The notes under the pieces were generated by a model, which made no database searches, was not told where the DNA came from, and worked only from the letters and a program-made list of their open reading frames with translations. The translations under genes were made by a program, and so were the position numbers. Source: Octopus sinensis (taxonomy: Eukaryota). From it: a stretch of 64,000 bases of DNA. Shown here in pieces: positions 62,742 through 64,000 of the stretch. The stretch covers positions 38,688,001 to 38,752,000 of the forward strand of contig NC_043001.1 in NCBI RefSeq assembly GCF_006345805.1, read 5' to 3'. The first letter of the stretch is position 1. Every line of letters begins with the position of its first letter.

Positions 62742-63740
62742 ACTGACCACTGAAAATACTAAATAAAATTGATAATATTTCAGGTTTTGCTTGTTATTTA
62801 AATTAATATGACCATTCTGCACATAACAGTTCACTTATTTTCTAAAAATGGATTGGTGAGAGTCAACTTGGTGGTGTATTGTCTCTGTATTGGCAATCCA
62901 CGTATTATTTCACTGTGATGTCTACACATCCTTATAAAAAGCAAAGTTTGTTTGTTTCTAGGTTGACCACTGAAAACACTAAATAAAATTGGCAACATTT
63001 CAGGATTTTCATATCATTTAAATTAACTGACCATTCTGCAGATAACTGTGCACTTATTTTCTGAAAACGGAATGAAAAGGGGGCAAGTAGGAGGTGTACT
63101 GGCTACTATTTCTAGCAATTCACATACAGTCTATTTCACTGTAATGCTTTTTACAGAGTGAAAAAATACCCCACCTATCATGACCACTGAAAATACTAAA
63201 TAAAATTGATAGTATTTCTGGTTTTGTGTGTCGAAGTGGTTAAGTTCCTTTCAAGTGTTGGGCCTCACGGAGGCAATGACCAAGACTTTTGGCATTATGT
63301 CGTGCTTGAGAAAAAGACCCATCAAGCCAAGCAAAATCAGTCGCAACAGATACAAGTGTCACACTAATTGGCACCTGTGCCTGAGACTCATAAACACACC
63401 CCAGTGTCATGTAAAAGCACCCATTACACACTCAGAGTGGTTGGCATTAGGAAGGGCATCCAGCTGTAGAAAACGATGCCAAATCAGACTGGAGTCTGGT
63501 GCAGCCTTCCAGCATACCAGTCCAGTCAAACCATCCAACCCATGCCAGCACGGCCAATGGATATTAAATGATGATGATGATTCCGCACATAACTGTAAAC
63601 TTATTTTCTGAAAATAGATGGGGGTGACTTGGTGGTGTATTGGCTCCTATTTCTAGCAATCTACATACTATTTCACTGTAAAAAAACAACGTTTGTTTGT
63701 TTTTACACTGACCATTGTGAACAATAAATATAAAAAGCAA
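62742..63740 (+). repeat. ~220-bp tandem repeat (3+ units); third unit interrupted by an RTE 3' fragment (~63230-63582)
   Basis: tgaccactgaaaatactaaataaaattg occurs at ~62744, 62964 and 63181, with a partial copy at ~63709. Confidence 0.8.
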
Positions 63741-64000
63741 AGTTTGTTTGTTTATGTAGTGAAAAAATACATTTGTTAATATAGATATGTATATACATTA
63801 ATACCTAATACATTATTCATCATTATCTCATTTGAATTTCGTTTTCATGTATTATCAGTTTTCATGTTACATTTGATAACATCTATAAACAAGATTTTTG
63901 TCCTTGGTAGCAACTGTTATTTCCTATATATTTACCCCTAGAAAGTATAAAAAATGGCTTATATTCCTTTCAAACTTTGCTTTTGTTACATTTATTCAAA

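Overview
AT-rich, repeat-dense animal genomic DNA. The SINE and RTE-LINE repertoire looks like an octopus/cephalopod genome, which is an inference. One host gene crosses the window on the minus strand: five immunoglobulin-domain exons (58074-58328, 53957-54208, 34008-34257, 28662-28913, 23757-24065) and a probable 19-nt microexon (863-881). One of its donors is GC, and one exon is out of phase by 1 nt. The introns are filled with decayed RTE LINEs, two Penelope-like (GIY-YIG) remnants, an R4/Dong-like LINE, mariners, a Chapaev3-like transposon, two Helitrons, tRNA-SINEs and microsatellites. The most notable signal is a set of type I hammerhead ribozyme (HHR) motifs from several unrelated repeat families. 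It includes a short element that joins a tRNA-derived Pol III head to a Penelope-style minimal hammerhead and occurs as head-to-head palindromes, and a ~345-bp tandem retrozyme-like dimer. All coordinates were read by eye, and repeat boundaries are approximate.
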